Of a stretch of DNA of 64,000 bases, positions 47,954 through 56,422 are shown piece after piece (position 1 is the stretch's first letter; the number at the start of each line of letters is the position of its first letter). The notes below the pieces were generated by a model that saw only the letters and a program-made list of their open reading frames with translations, was not told the origin of the DNA and made no database searches. The stretch lies in the IMG/VR virus record IMGVR_UViG_3300038465_000158, positions 32,686 to 96,685 of that record; one strand, written 5' to 3'. The translations under genes were made by a program, and so were the position numbers. The DNA comes from a virus.

Positions 47954-48781
47954 GTGACCATATTCTATGGTGGCCGGACCTCGTATGCTGCGTCTCCACG
48001 GCAACTGAACTACGCGAGAAAATTGGCATTTGCCAAGACACTTGACGGAGTTGAGTGGGTGGAAGAAGTGCGCTTGAAGTTCAACACGAACTGCGCTCAC
48101 TTCGATGCAGACATCGTCGACCGCTTGCTTCAAGCGCAAAGAGACGGAGCTCGCGCTCGTCGTCTTGCCGAACCTGCAACAGACAACCAAGTCGACTACG
48201 CTACCAAGCTTCTTGCAGAGCGAGTCGAGGCTGGCATGCTGCCTCAGGAGATGGTCGTCTCGGCCGGAATCACCAAGGGTGAAGTTTCCGAGCTCATAGA
48301 CGGCTTGCTCAAGATGAAGGTTCCTTACAAGGTCGTGGACAAGGACACAGGTGAGGTCACTCGCACTGTCTCCATACCTCTTGGGACGTACACTGTGGTC
48401 CTTGGTGATGAGAGTGATTACGTCACTCTTCGCGTGGAGAACGCCTCGTTCATAAAGGACGCAAAGAAAGTCATGGTCTCGTACCTCTGTGGCTCGGACA
48501 ATGACTACTCGTACAAGGGATTCGCGTTCGTCAATCCTTCTGGCTTGGCGGTCTGGAAGAAGTTCAAGGAGAATTCTCGGGTGACCAAGGCCGCTCAAGT
48601 TCTCTGGGCACTGGCTCAGACGGACGCCGGACTTGGTGAGGCTCATGAGGAGTTTCTCAAGCAAGCAGAAGCGTACGCTCTTCGAAGCGGAAACTGCATG
48701 CGGTGTCACAAGACACTCACAGTTCCTGCTTCACTTCACCGCGGACTCGGGCCTGTTTGCGCCGGTTTGGAGGCATGGTGA
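47954..48781 (+). CDS. DUF6011-like Zn-binding protein
   Basis: C-terminal CMRCHKTLTVPASLHRGLGPVC; N-terminal ASPRQ/ATDNQ helical repeats. Confidence 0.75.
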   Translation: MTIFYGGRTSYAASPRQLNYARKLAFAKTLDGVEWVEEVRLKFNTNCAHFDADIVDRLLQAQRDGARARRLAEPATDNQVDYATKLLAERVEAGMLPQEMVVSAGITKGEVSELIDGLLKMKVPYKVVDKDTGEVTRTVSIPLGTYTVVLGDESDYVTLRVENASFIKDAKKVMVSYLCGSDNDYSYKGFAFVNPSGLAVWKKFKENSRVTKAAQVLWALAQTDAGLGEAHEEFLKQAEAYALRSGNCMRCHKTLTVPASLHRGLGPVCAGLEAW

Positions 48782-48873
48782 TTGAATTCGTCATTGGAAT
48801 GGTTGGAGGTTCGTTGTTTGTACTATTCGCGCTGATTCCTTGGCTTGAACGACACGGATGGTGGCCAAAGTGA
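48775..48873 (+). CDS. 32-aa membrane peptide
   Basis: MVIEFVIGMVGGSLFVLFALIPWLERHGWWPK; coupled to neighbours; below the ORF-track cutoff. Confidence 0.5.
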   Translation: MVIEFVIGMVGGSLFVLFALIPWLERHGWWPK

Positions 48874-49037
48874 TGGTTCACGTCGCGTCTGTGCTTATTG
48901 GAGACGTCACTCCGTTCGGAGTTGTTGAGTCTGTAGTGAGTACACGTAACAACATCAAGACAACGATCACGTTCGTCGGAGGCAAGAAAAAGCGATTTCC
49001 TCGCTTTGCAGAAATAGAAGTTGAAGTTTCAGAGTAA
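48873..49037 (+). CDS. 54-aa hypothetical protein
   Basis: TGATG coupling; MVHVASVLIGDVTPFGVVESV... Confidence 0.5.
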   Translation: MVHVASVLIGDVTPFGVVESVVSTRNNIKTTITFVGGKKKRFPRFAEIEVEVSE

Positions 49038-49073
49038 TGCACATTTGTGTTATTATTGACTTATGAGGACGGA

Positions 49074-49340
49074 ATGATGATTGAAGTTTGGAAGTGCTGG
49101 AAGGGTCTCCAACCGGGAGATGTTTTCAAAGTCCAAGAGACTCGTGGAGATTTCGAGTTTATTGAAGCTAAAGTGGAGGACCACAAAGTTACTGGAATTC
49201 TTGCTCGTGGCGGTCGTAAAGGTTATGAGAAGATGCGAATCCTCTGGCCAGATCGGGTGATTATTCCGACGGAAAAAGAACTGCAAAAGCAGCGAAAAGC
49301 AAAAAAGATAAAGGACAAGGAAAATGCTAGCAACGCTTGA
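49074..49340 (+). CDS. Hypothetical protein (SH3/KOW-like beta)
   Basis: Preceded by TGTTATTAT (49048-49056) and GAGGACG. Confidence 0.6.
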   Translation: MMIEVWKCWKGLQPGDVFKVQETRGDFEFIEAKVEDHKVTGILARGGRKGYEKMRILWPDRVIIPTEKELQKQRKAKKIKDKENASNA

Positions 49341-50223
49341 AAAGCTTGGCAATGATGCCAAGAACATCAATTCTGTCGAGGATGCACTTCGACAGTTCAA
49401 CATGGACTGGGCTGTTGAAGTCCGTCCGACGTACTTCACTCGAAACGACGGAAGCAAGGCCGAAATGCCTCGCTGCTTCGCCACGGTGCGGTCCGACAAC
49501 GAGACAATGCTTGGTCGAGTCGGCGCAGACTATGTACCGATGAGCAACGCCAAGTCATTGAGTCACGTCGACAGCTTGATTCAGTCAGGCGCGGCGACCT
49601 TGGACTCTGTCTTCGAATTGAAGAACGGACGCCAAGTCGGAGCATCACTTCGGCTCAACGACAAAATCTCAATCGCGGGTGAAGACCCCATTGAGATGTA
49701 CATCGTTGTCGCGACCAGTCACGACGGTACTCGGGCGGACAAGACGGCAATTGTTCCAATTCGAATGTGGTGCTTGAACCAGATGGCACTCATCAGTCGA
49801 AAAGCTGTCCAGTCGTGGTCTGTTCGCCACTTGTCAACCATGGAAGCGAACTTGAAGTTCGTCGAAGAGGAGCTCAAGATGGTGGCCAATTACAGCGAGT
49901 GGTTTCAGAAGACTTGCGACGACTTGGTTGCTCAAGCTCTTAACGAGATTGAGTTGAGTGCCATGGTCCTCGACGCGCTGAAGGACTTCCGTGCTGAAGA
50001 CAAGGCGAAGAAGATGACGGAGGAAATCGTCGACTTGTTCAAGTACAGTAACCTCATTGGAGACGACTTCCACGGCACTGCTTGGGGCGGACTCAACGCA
50101 GTCACGGAGTACTTCGACCACCACAAGACGTACCGCACGCCGCAGGCACGGTACAACTCAATCACCAACGGATTCGGCGCTCATATGCGGAATTCGGTGG
50201 CAAGCCGGCTCATTAACGCGTGA
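49324..50223 (+). CDS. DUF932/DUF945-family protein
   Basis: DW.V, RSD....LG.VG..Y.P..N, SHDG, R.WC.N, RH, GTAWG.LNAVTEY.DH. Confidence 0.88.
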   Translation: MLATLEKLGNDAKNINSVEDALRQFNMDWAVEVRPTYFTRNDGSKAEMPRCFATVRSDNETMLGRVGADYVPMSNAKSLSHVDSLIQSGAATLDSVFELKNGRQVGASLRLNDKISIAGEDPIEMYIVVATSHDGTRADKTAIVPIRMWCLNQMALISRKAVQSWSVRHLSTMEANLKFVEEELKMVANYSEWFQKTCDDLVAQALNEIELSAMVLDALKDFRAEDKAKKMTEEIVDLFKYSNLIGDDFHGTAWGGLNAVTEYFDHHKTYRTPQARYNSITNGFGAHMRNSVASRLINA

Positions 50224-50657
50224 GCACACCGCTTGACTTTTTGTTTGAGGGCTCTCCAGAGGGCCCTCAAACATTAGTTGAAATCAAACGAGCGTACGAC
50301 GACACGGGAAAACCGTTTGGGGAATTCGTCAAATGGAGACAACTTCGTGCTGGCATTTGGGCGATGACCGTCGAGGCTCTTGCGCACAATCGTCCAAAAA
50401 TCGTCTTCATTCTTGCGACGCAACAAACTGGAGACAATGACGTACTTGACACAATTAAAGACGTCTCAATAAACTCGCTACCGTTGTATATTGACCATCG
50501 CTCACCAGATGCGCGACAAGCGCAGATGCAACGCAGTTGCGTTGACGTTTGCGACAGAGTATTCGTCATCAACATCGGCGAAATTGACAATCAAACACAA
50601 CTCATCATCGATTATGCAGAACAAATTGGGAGACAAGTCGTCTACCTTCGCTATTAG
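50220..50657 (+). CDS. Hypothetical protein (Rossmann-like C-terminus); start uncertain
   Basis: VD.CDRVFVIN.G.ID..T...I.YA...G..V.Y resembles deoxyribosyltransferase-like folds. Confidence 0.5.
   Translation: MSTPLDFLFEGSPEGPQTLVEIKRAYDDTGKPFGEFVKWRQLRAGIWAMTVEALAHNRPKIVFILATQQTGDNDVLDTIKDVSINSLPLYIDHRSPDARQAQMQRSCVDVCDRVFVINIGEIDNQTQLIIDYAEQIGRQVVYLRY
50242..50273 (+). terminator. Long hairpin just after the DUF932 gene
   Basis: TGTTTGAGGGCTCTC-CA-GAGGGCCCTCAAACA, one G-U pair. Confidence 0.55.
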
Positions 50658-50665
50658 GGAGAGAA

Positions 50666-51019
50666 ATGCCAGCCGCAAAGAAGCCAGTAAAGAAAGCAGC
50701 AGTCAAAAAAGAAGCAAGTCCGCAAGTGAAGAGTGCATTGGAAAAAGCACTTGAACGAGCGAACGAAAATCCTGCTGTCAAGCAAGACGAAACATCGATT
50801 CCTGAAGAACATCAGATGACGTGGCCTCTCCCGGTGTATCCACTTGTCGCAAAATTCGATGTTCAAGTTGTAGAATTAGAGGATACTCAAGCAATTGTCC
50901 TCGCGATTTACACTGGAGCAGGAGCGACGTTCGGGCTTCTGTCTCGAGAAGGAACCATTGCTCTTGCGCAAAAGCTCAAGAAAGCTGGCAATACGATGAC
51001 ACCTGGTCCGGTGAAATGA
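50666..51019 (+). CDS. Hypothetical protein with Lys/Ala-rich N-terminus
   Basis: GGGAGAG RBS; MPAAKKPVKKAAVKK. Confidence 0.65.
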   Translation: MPAAKKPVKKAAVKKEASPQVKSALEKALERANENPAVKQDETSIPEEHQMTWPLPVYPLVAKFDVQVVELEDTQAIVLAIYTGAGATFGLLSREGTIALAQKLKKAGNTMTPGPVK

Positions 51020-51204
51020 GCGGCGAGAACGAGCCAGAGAATCCTCTTAGTGAACAAACCGCAGGTGCAATCTATTTGCACGAGCTCTATCGAAGTTACA
51101 TTCAAGTCGGATTCACAAATGAGCAAGCATTTGCTCTCGTTACGACGACATTGACGACAATGCTTCAACTAGGGATTGCTAGAGGAGGTGGTGCTGATGA
51201 ATAA
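51016..51204 (+). CDS. Small hypothetical protein
   Basis: ATGA overlap; LHELYRSY..VGFT.EQAF.L motif familiar from actinophage small proteins. Confidence 0.6.
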   Translation: MSGENEPENPLSEQTAGAIYLHELYRSYIQVGFTNEQAFALVTTTLTTMLQLGIARGGGADE

Positions 51205-51246
51205 CACGCAGTGCAATGCGTAACATCCCTCGAAAATCGGAGTCTC

Positions 51247-51744
51247 ATGAAAAGAAGTTTCCTCGTTCTTACCATATGTTTGTCGGTGGTGTTTGGTGCT
51301 GTAGCAGCGACTGCGACCAACGCAACCACAACAACGACCTCAACGTCAGTAGTGCGTATCACAACGACTACGTTCAAACTCATTCCGCCACCGAGGGTGA
51401 AAGCACCTCCCTGGTATAAACCGCTTCTGGCGCTTCCGTCGTCGTGGCAAACTCCAATTCAGTGCATGATGCGAGTCGAGTCACGTTCGACTGAAACGCA
51501 GCCGAATTTAGGTGACGACAACGGCAATGGTGTCAACACAAATCATGGTGAAGGTGAACAGTCTGGTCTGTTTCAAATGAGCAATGGACCGCGTGGCATC
51601 TGGGACATTTACGTATTACCGCGTCTTCATGTTGTCATATGGAAAGCGACTGCGTTTCAGCAAGCTGAGGGACTCGTTTTAGTGCTTAAACTTGATGGTG
51701 GTTTTCACCCTTGGCATGGTGATGGCTGCATCTATCCAAACTAA
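51247..51744 (+). CDS. Secreted lysozyme-like (Rpf/SLT-type) transglycosylase
   Basis: Signal peptide, Thr-rich linker, C.MRVES (catalytic Glu), SGLFQM, W...Q, PW..DGC. Confidence 0.7.
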   Translation: MKRSFLVLTICLSVVFGAVAATATNATTTTTSTSVVRITTTTFKLIPPPRVKAPPWYKPLLALPSSWQTPIQCMMRVESRSTETQPNLGDDNGNGVNTNHGEGEQSGLFQMSNGPRGIWDIYVLPRLHVVIWKATAFQQAEGLVLVLKLDGGFHPWHGDGCIYPN

Positions 51745-51778
51745 AACGTAGTTAGAATGAAACCGACAATAGGAGTTA

Positions 51779-52159
51779 ATGACCGACGAATTCGAAGAAG
51801 TTGAAAAGAAATACGGTCATCTTCTTGTTGTTGGAACATGCTTTCTTCTCATAGTTGCTACTGTCATCGGTGGTCTCTTTTCGCACTGGTTTGCGATTCG
51901 ATTGCAGCAAGATTTCTGGCCGATTGACGCATCTCGCATCTCTCCTAACATCGTTGCCAGTCTCATCCAAGCAGTGTTCGTCGTTCTCATCATGGCGTTG
52001 TTCTACCCGCCATTTAAGAAAGCACTCGATAAAGCAGCGGCGAAACGAGCACTTGAGATTAAGCAACACGTTACTGCTGGCCTCAATGAACTGCACGGCA
52101 AACTCGATCACATCATCTATCACAGTAAAGACATTCCTGAGTACGAGGAGCCAAAATGA
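51779..52159 (+). CDS. Two-TM membrane protein
   Basis: AGGAG RBS; two hydrophobic helices. Confidence 0.65.
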   Translation: MTDEFEEVEKKYGHLLVVGTCFLLIVATVIGGLFSHWFAIRLQQDFWPIDASRISPNIVASLIQAVFVVLIMALFYPPFKKALDKAAAKRALEIKQHVTAGLNELHGKLDHIIYHSKDIPEYEEPK

Positions 52160-52473
52160 CCGACAAAGAATACATACAACATCTTCGACATCACTCAATG
52201 ATGGGAGGTTCACAAGGAGTTGCTGCGCAACAAGAATTGCGAAAATATTCTGACAATGAAGAACGCGATGACCAAGGCAAATGGACCGGTGGAGGTGATG
52301 TCGGTCCGACTGTAACAAATGTTTCAACAGGGCAGCAAATCGGCCGCGCAGACGCCGCAGCTAGAATGTTTGGTGCTGGTAGTAAACAGCATCTTCAAAT
52401 GATTAAAGAATATGGCGTTGGAGAAATCCATCCAGACGGTACACTTGCACCTGGAAGTCAATTTGCTCGATGA
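52156..52473 (+). CDS. KYS..RDDxGRF-motif family protein 1
   Basis: ELRKYSDNEERDDQGKWTGG. Confidence 0.7.
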   Translation: MTDKEYIQHLRHHSMMGGSQGVAAQQELRKYSDNEERDDQGKWTGGGDVGPTVTNVSTGQQIGRADAAARMFGAGSKQHLQMIKEYGVGEIHPDGTLAPGSQFAR

Positions 52474-52865
52474 CAAAGATTGAAGAGTTACCTAAAGATT
52501 TGCTAGGTCGTCCGAACATGTCGTACCTGGGTCACACCAGCGACATCGTCCCAACTCCCTGGCCGTATGAAGGTCGCCGTACCGCTCCAGGAATGCCTCG
52601 CCGTTTCACACGACGCAAAGATGGTCGGACAAAAGCGGAAGACAATGAGCTCAAGCGACTCGCGAAAATCGAGAACCCAGGGAAATGCCAAGGGAGACGC
52701 AATCAATTTGACGGTTGGTGCACATGGCCTTGCTATCCCGGACTCACTGTTTGTTGGCGTCACGGCGGTCGCATTAAGCATATTCGTGCTGTGGGCGACA
52801 AGCGTATGGCTGAGAAGCGAATGATGGAGAAAGCGGGCAAAATCGCTGCCAGAGCGAAGAAGTGA
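52470..52865 (+). CDS. HGG-type Zn-binding protein (terminase small subunit-like domain)
   Basis: CQGRR...C...C.PG.TVCWRHGG. Confidence 0.55.
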   Translation: MTKIEELPKDLLGRPNMSYLGHTSDIVPTPWPYEGRRTAPGMPRRFTRRKDGRTKAEDNELKRLAKIENPGKCQGRRNQFDGWCTWPCYPGLTVCWRHGGRIKHIRAVGDKRMAEKRMMEKAGKIAARAKK

Positions 52866-53083
52866 GAACTCGCGAGAATTCTGTCGTTGTGTCCATTCGC
52901 ATTGCAAAAGAGTTGAACAAAGAGTTTCATGCTTTGTGCGCAGAACTAGGAGTACAATCATCTCGTATGCTTCTTTCTGCAATGACCTCTCAAGTCCAGC
53001 GAATGCGTGAAGATGCGAACAAACGACGACAACTTCGAGATTACTCGACATGGGAAGACCACTGGCGTGCTAACAAAGATTAA
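52862..53083 (+). CDS. Ribbon-helix-helix DNA-binding protein
   Basis: VVVSIRIAKELNKEFHALCAELGVQSSRML. Confidence 0.65.
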   Translation: MRTRENSVVVSIRIAKELNKEFHALCAELGVQSSRMLLSAMTSQVQRMREDANKRRQLRDYSTWEDHWRANKD

Positions 53084-54584
53084 GTCACTCTCCTCATTCG
53101 CCAAGATTGGTGTCGTCAAATACTCTGCTGATGAGGCGCGAGATGACGATGGTCGATTCGCGTCTGGTGATGCGCCAAAGGCAGACGATTCAACATACGT
53201 CAAAGCGAATTCGAAAGACGATCCTGAGAAATGGTCAAAGCAAATCCTCAAGCAATTGGCAAACGGCGAACATCCATACGTAAAACCGAGTGAAGTCGCG
53301 ACATTGCTCAAGCAAGTCTCGAAATCTGGAGACAAGCGAGCAGCAACTGCCGATATTACGAATCTTCGAGTGAATGGGACTCGACTTATGGGACATGACG
53401 GACTTGGCTACAAACGAAGTGAAATGCCACAAATCAGTGGAGATATGAGACATCAGTATTTCGCTGATTTGCGCGCTCAAGGAATCACTGTAACTCCTTC
53501 AACAGCAAATCCTCTCTTACTTCAGCCATCGCAAAGCGAAATTGGAGTCGGCCGCGCAGCAGAAGTGTACAAAGAACTCAACGGCAAAATTGACGACCAA
53601 AAGCAAATTCTCGTTTCGCGAGACAACTACATCATCGATGGTCATCATCACTGGGCGAGTGCTGTCGCAACTGCACTAAGAGCGAACGGTCCGCAAGAAA
53701 TACCGATTGTTCGACTTGGTGCTTCAGGTGAAGATATGGTACGAATCTCAAAGCAATGGGCAGACGACCATGGATTGAAGTCACGAGCTCTCGGTAAATT
53801 TTTCGCGCCGCGACGATACGAGTACCAAGTCGCAAATCCGCTTGCAAAGTACAACGAAGACCAAGCACGAGATGATGATGGGCGATTTGCTTCTGGAAGC
53901 AATTTGCACGGATATGCTCTTAATGTCGCGCAACGAGTTGTTGCTGAAGCGCAAATGCACGTGGCGAAAATCACAGCAGATGTCACCGCTGCAATCAAAG
54001 CAGGCGACGGAGAACGTGCACGAATGACGTCACCACAAGGCAAAGACACGACAGTGAAGAGTCCAGAACGTCTCGCGCAGAAGCTCGTAGAGCCACTCAA
54101 TTCAACGAATAGATTGAGTAAAGCGGGGATTGCGATGCAAACTCTCCATGCTGGTGATGTAGTTCGTTACACTGGAGTCTACAATCCCTCAACGATGACT
54201 GAGGGCATAGGCAGAACCATCTCGTCTCTTCAAGCAACAGGGTACGAGCCTGTCAAAATCAAGAACTATTTCAACTCTGACCCGCAAAACGGATTCCGTG
54301 GCATCAATTCCGTGTGGGAAGACAAGACAAGTGGTGTCAAGTTTGAATTTCAGTTCCACACTCAAGACAGCATCGATGCTGCTGATAAGTGGCACGGAAT
54401 CTATGAAGAGATTCGCCAACTTCCAATGACATCTGAAGCGTACCAGTCAACGAGAACAGCGATGCTCGCTGGATTCGCTCAAGTGCCGATGCCTCCAGGA
54501 ATTGAAAGCGTTGGAACTCGTTCAGTGAAGAAGCGAATAAAGATTGGACGGCTTGCGCACAAAGATGATATAATCAATATATGA
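53007..54584 (+). CDS. Polyvalent protein: motif + ParB/Srx-like domain + motif + RelA/SpoT-like synthetase
   Basis: R.EMPQI, L.PSQSEI, ILVS.DNYIIDGHHHW (ParB-like); KSPERL..K, DVVRYT, KNYF, FRGIN, FEFQFHT (small alarmone synthetase-like); two KY..D.ARDDDGRFASG motifs. Confidence 0.8.
   Translation: MKMRTNDDNFEITRHGKTTGVLTKIKSLSSFAKIGVVKYSADEARDDDGRFASGDAPKADDSTYVKANSKDDPEKWSKQILKQLANGEHPYVKPSEVATLLKQVSKSGDKRAATADITNLRVNGTRLMGHDGLGYKRSEMPQISGDMRHQYFADLRAQGITVTPSTANPLLLQPSQSEIGVGRAAEVYKELNGKIDDQKQILVSRDNYIIDGHHHWASAVATALRANGPQEIPIVRLGASGEDMVRISKQWADDHGLKSRALGKFFAPRRYEYQVANPLAKYNEDQARDDDGRFASGSNLHGYALNVAQRVVAEAQMHVAKITADVTAAIKAGDGERARMTSPQGKDTTVKSPERLAQKLVEPLNSTNRLSKAGIAMQTLHAGDVVRYTGVYNPSTMTEGIGRTISSLQATGYEPVKIKNYFNSDPQNGFRGINSVWEDKTSGVKFEFQFHTQDSIDAADKWHGIYEEIRQLPMTSEAYQSTRTAMLAGFAQVPMPPGIESVGTRSVKKRIKIGRLAHKDDIINI
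54561..54580 (+). promoter_or_regulatory. Extended -10 promoter for a probable leaderless transcript
   Basis: TGATATAAT at 54566-54574, 6 nt before ATG 54581; AAAGATGATATAATC is identical to 47896-47910. Confidence 0.65.
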
Positions 54585-54796
54585 CAGCGTACAAGTACTA
54601 CCAACTAGTGACGCTCGACGGAAAAGAAACACCTCGTTTCTACTATCGACAGGGAGATTCAGGTGACGACATCTGGAATCCGACATCGAATCAATGGGTG
54701 CCTACTCACGATCTTTTGGGAATGATCACAAAGAACGAGACTGCATTAGATAGGATTGATTACGATCCGACAAGTGATCAACAGGAGGTATCATGA
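54581..54796 (+). CDS. Candidate immunity protein for the upstream RelA/SpoT-like domain
   Basis: Small, acidic and aromatic (KYY...YR...W....W); overlaps the toxin stop; has its own promoter. Confidence 0.5.
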   Translation: MTAYKYYQLVTLDGKETPRFYYRQGDSGDDIWNPTSNQWVPTHDLLGMITKNETALDRIDYDPTSDQQEVS

Positions 54797-54972
54797 AGAT
54801 TCCATGGGCATTTATTCTCGCAGTTGTCTTCATCGTTTTTGCCGCAATCGCAGCAGGAGTTCCGCGTCTCATTTTCACAATGAACTGGAATTTCTGGGTA
54901 TGCGTCGCGCTTCTCGCATACTGGATTAGTAAGACGCGCTTCGGCACCGTTGATCTAGCGCAAAAGGAGTAA
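54793..54972 (+). CDS. 59-aa two-TM membrane protein
   Basis: AGGAGGT RBS; MKIPWAFILAVVFIVFAAIAAGVPRLIFTMNWNFWVCVALLAYWISK... Confidence 0.65.
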   Translation: MKIPWAFILAVVFIVFAAIAAGVPRLIFTMNWNFWVCVALLAYWISKTRFGTVDLAQKE

Positions 54973-54974
54973 CC

Positions 54975-55181
54975 TTGAGCAAAGTACGTGAAAAGGATAC
55001 TGGTCGTTTTGCGGCGCAATCGCGAATAGAAGCGCATCCGAATCTTGACAAATTGGATTTGTCAAAAGAACCGAAGAAACAAATCACTCAGAATTTTCAG
55101 CGAGGCGCACTCGGCGCTGATAAAGGCCGCGCTCGCACTAACGCTCAAATTCGTGATTCAGGACCGACGATACCTCAATGA
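54975..55181 (+). CDS. Small basic protein with partial R..TGRF motif
   Basis: AAGGAG RBS; MSKVREKDTGRFAAQ. Confidence 0.55.
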   Translation: MSKVREKDTGRFAAQSRIEAHPNLDKLDLSKEPKKQITQNFQRGALGADKGRARTNAQIRDSGPTIPQ

Positions 55182-55657
55182 GCGAAACAATTGCTGACGA
55201 ACTTTCGTACTTGAATCGACGAGCAGAAGAAGGCGGATACGTTGGAGAATCTGCTCGGCAAGCGTTGTTGAAGTACAGCGAAGATGAAGAACGCGATGAC
55301 CATGGAAGATTTGCTGGAGGCGGTGGAACAGCAAATTCATCACGCGAAGATGTGAGTAGCAGACTTGAAGGAACTGCGCGTCTTTTTGCAACACGACAGA
55401 GCGGCAACGGCGCGCAACGTATTGCAATGAGCGGCAAGGCTGATGGTCTTCGCCAAGCTGCGGATATGATTCGCGGAGGTGCACAACAAAGTCATCTTGA
55501 AGAAGAGCGACAAGCGTCGCTTAGTGAAATGACTCGTATCGGAAGCAAACGAAGTGGTGACCTCACAGATGAATGGGCATATCACAACGGTCGTCAATCT
55601 GGTTTTCAAGATGCGCAAACGGCAATGAGTGAAGCTGGACTTTCAGAATATGCCTAA
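55178..55657 (+). CDS. KYS..RDDxGRF-motif family protein
   Basis: ALLKYSEDEERDDHGRFAGG. Confidence 0.7.
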   Translation: MSETIADELSYLNRRAEEGGYVGESARQALLKYSEDEERDDHGRFAGGGGTANSSREDVSSRLEGTARLFATRQSGNGAQRIAMSGKADGLRQAADMIRGGAQQSHLEEERQASLSEMTRIGSKRSGDLTDEWAYHNGRQSGFQDAQTAMSEAGLSEYA

Positions 55658-56282
55658 AATAATTGACCCAGAATTTCGTGCATATCTTCAAGCGCAAATT
55701 GCTAAAGGTGGACAAATAGGAGCATCTGCGCAATCTGAACTCTTGAAATATTCAGAAGACCAAGCACGCGACGACAATGGTCGATTTGCTTCTGGTGGAG
55801 GCGGAGGTTCAAGCGGTGGAAGTAAAGACGGAGGAAACGTGAGTGACGAAGGTCGTGGAGGCGACGGCGCGAGAGTGCGTGCTGCTTGTCTCGAAGCAGA
55901 AGCAAAGACAAAAGGCGGAAGTACTGCCGCGTATGCTGCTCTGAAAGATGGAGTGAAAGAGACACTGAGCGACTACATATACCGCGGCAAGCAGTACGGC
56001 GAAGAAGACCCCAAAGGACCTGACAATCCAGGACGTTGGGGTGCTTCTATTCAAGCAGTCACTTCAGGTTCAGGCGCTGGAACTGACTGGCTGAATATTA
56101 CGCAACGGGACAATGCTGAAGACAACGTCGGGGACAAAGGCGTCGTGAGTGACATGATTGACACACTGAAAGAGTCTGGTTACGGTTCGTTCACGGACAT
56201 CATTCCGAACAACAGTGGCACGAGTTTCAGCATGAAGTTCAATGATGCGATGAACACGGACCGATACGCGACGCATTCATGA
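55650..56282 (+). CDS. KYS..RDDxGRF-motif family protein
   Basis: ELLKYSEDQARDDNGRFASGG followed by a Gly linker. Confidence 0.7.
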   Translation: MPKIIDPEFRAYLQAQIAKGGQIGASAQSELLKYSEDQARDDNGRFASGGGGGSSGGSKDGGNVSDEGRGGDGARVRAACLEAEAKTKGGSTAAYAALKDGVKETLSDYIYRGKQYGEEDPKGPDNPGRWGASIQAVTSGSGAGTDWLNITQRDNAEDNVGDKGVVSDMIDTLKESGYGSFTDIIPNNSGTSFSMKFNDAMNTDRYATHS

Positions 56283-56422
56283 AGAAAATCGACCCAGAAT
56301 TTCGTGCGTATCTTCAAGCGCAAGTTGCTAAAGGTGGGCAGTCTGGCGCATCTGCGCAATCTGAACTCTTGAAATTTTCAGAAGACCAAGCGCGAGATTC
56401 AAATGGTGAATTTGCTTCTGGC
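55665..56422 (+). repeat. ~130-bp direct repeat encoding the shared leader (55665-55796 and 56291-56422)
   Basis: GACCCAGAATTTCGTGCRTATCTTCAAGCGCAARTTGCTAAAGGTGG...GCATCTGCGCAATCTGAACTCTTGAAATWTTCAGAAGACCAAGC in both copies. Confidence 0.9.

Noticed and set aside
47885-48709. 274-aa minus-strand ORF (similarly 42228-42965 and 44494-45180)
   Set aside because: Fully overlap well-supported plus-strand genes and have no recognisable motifs.
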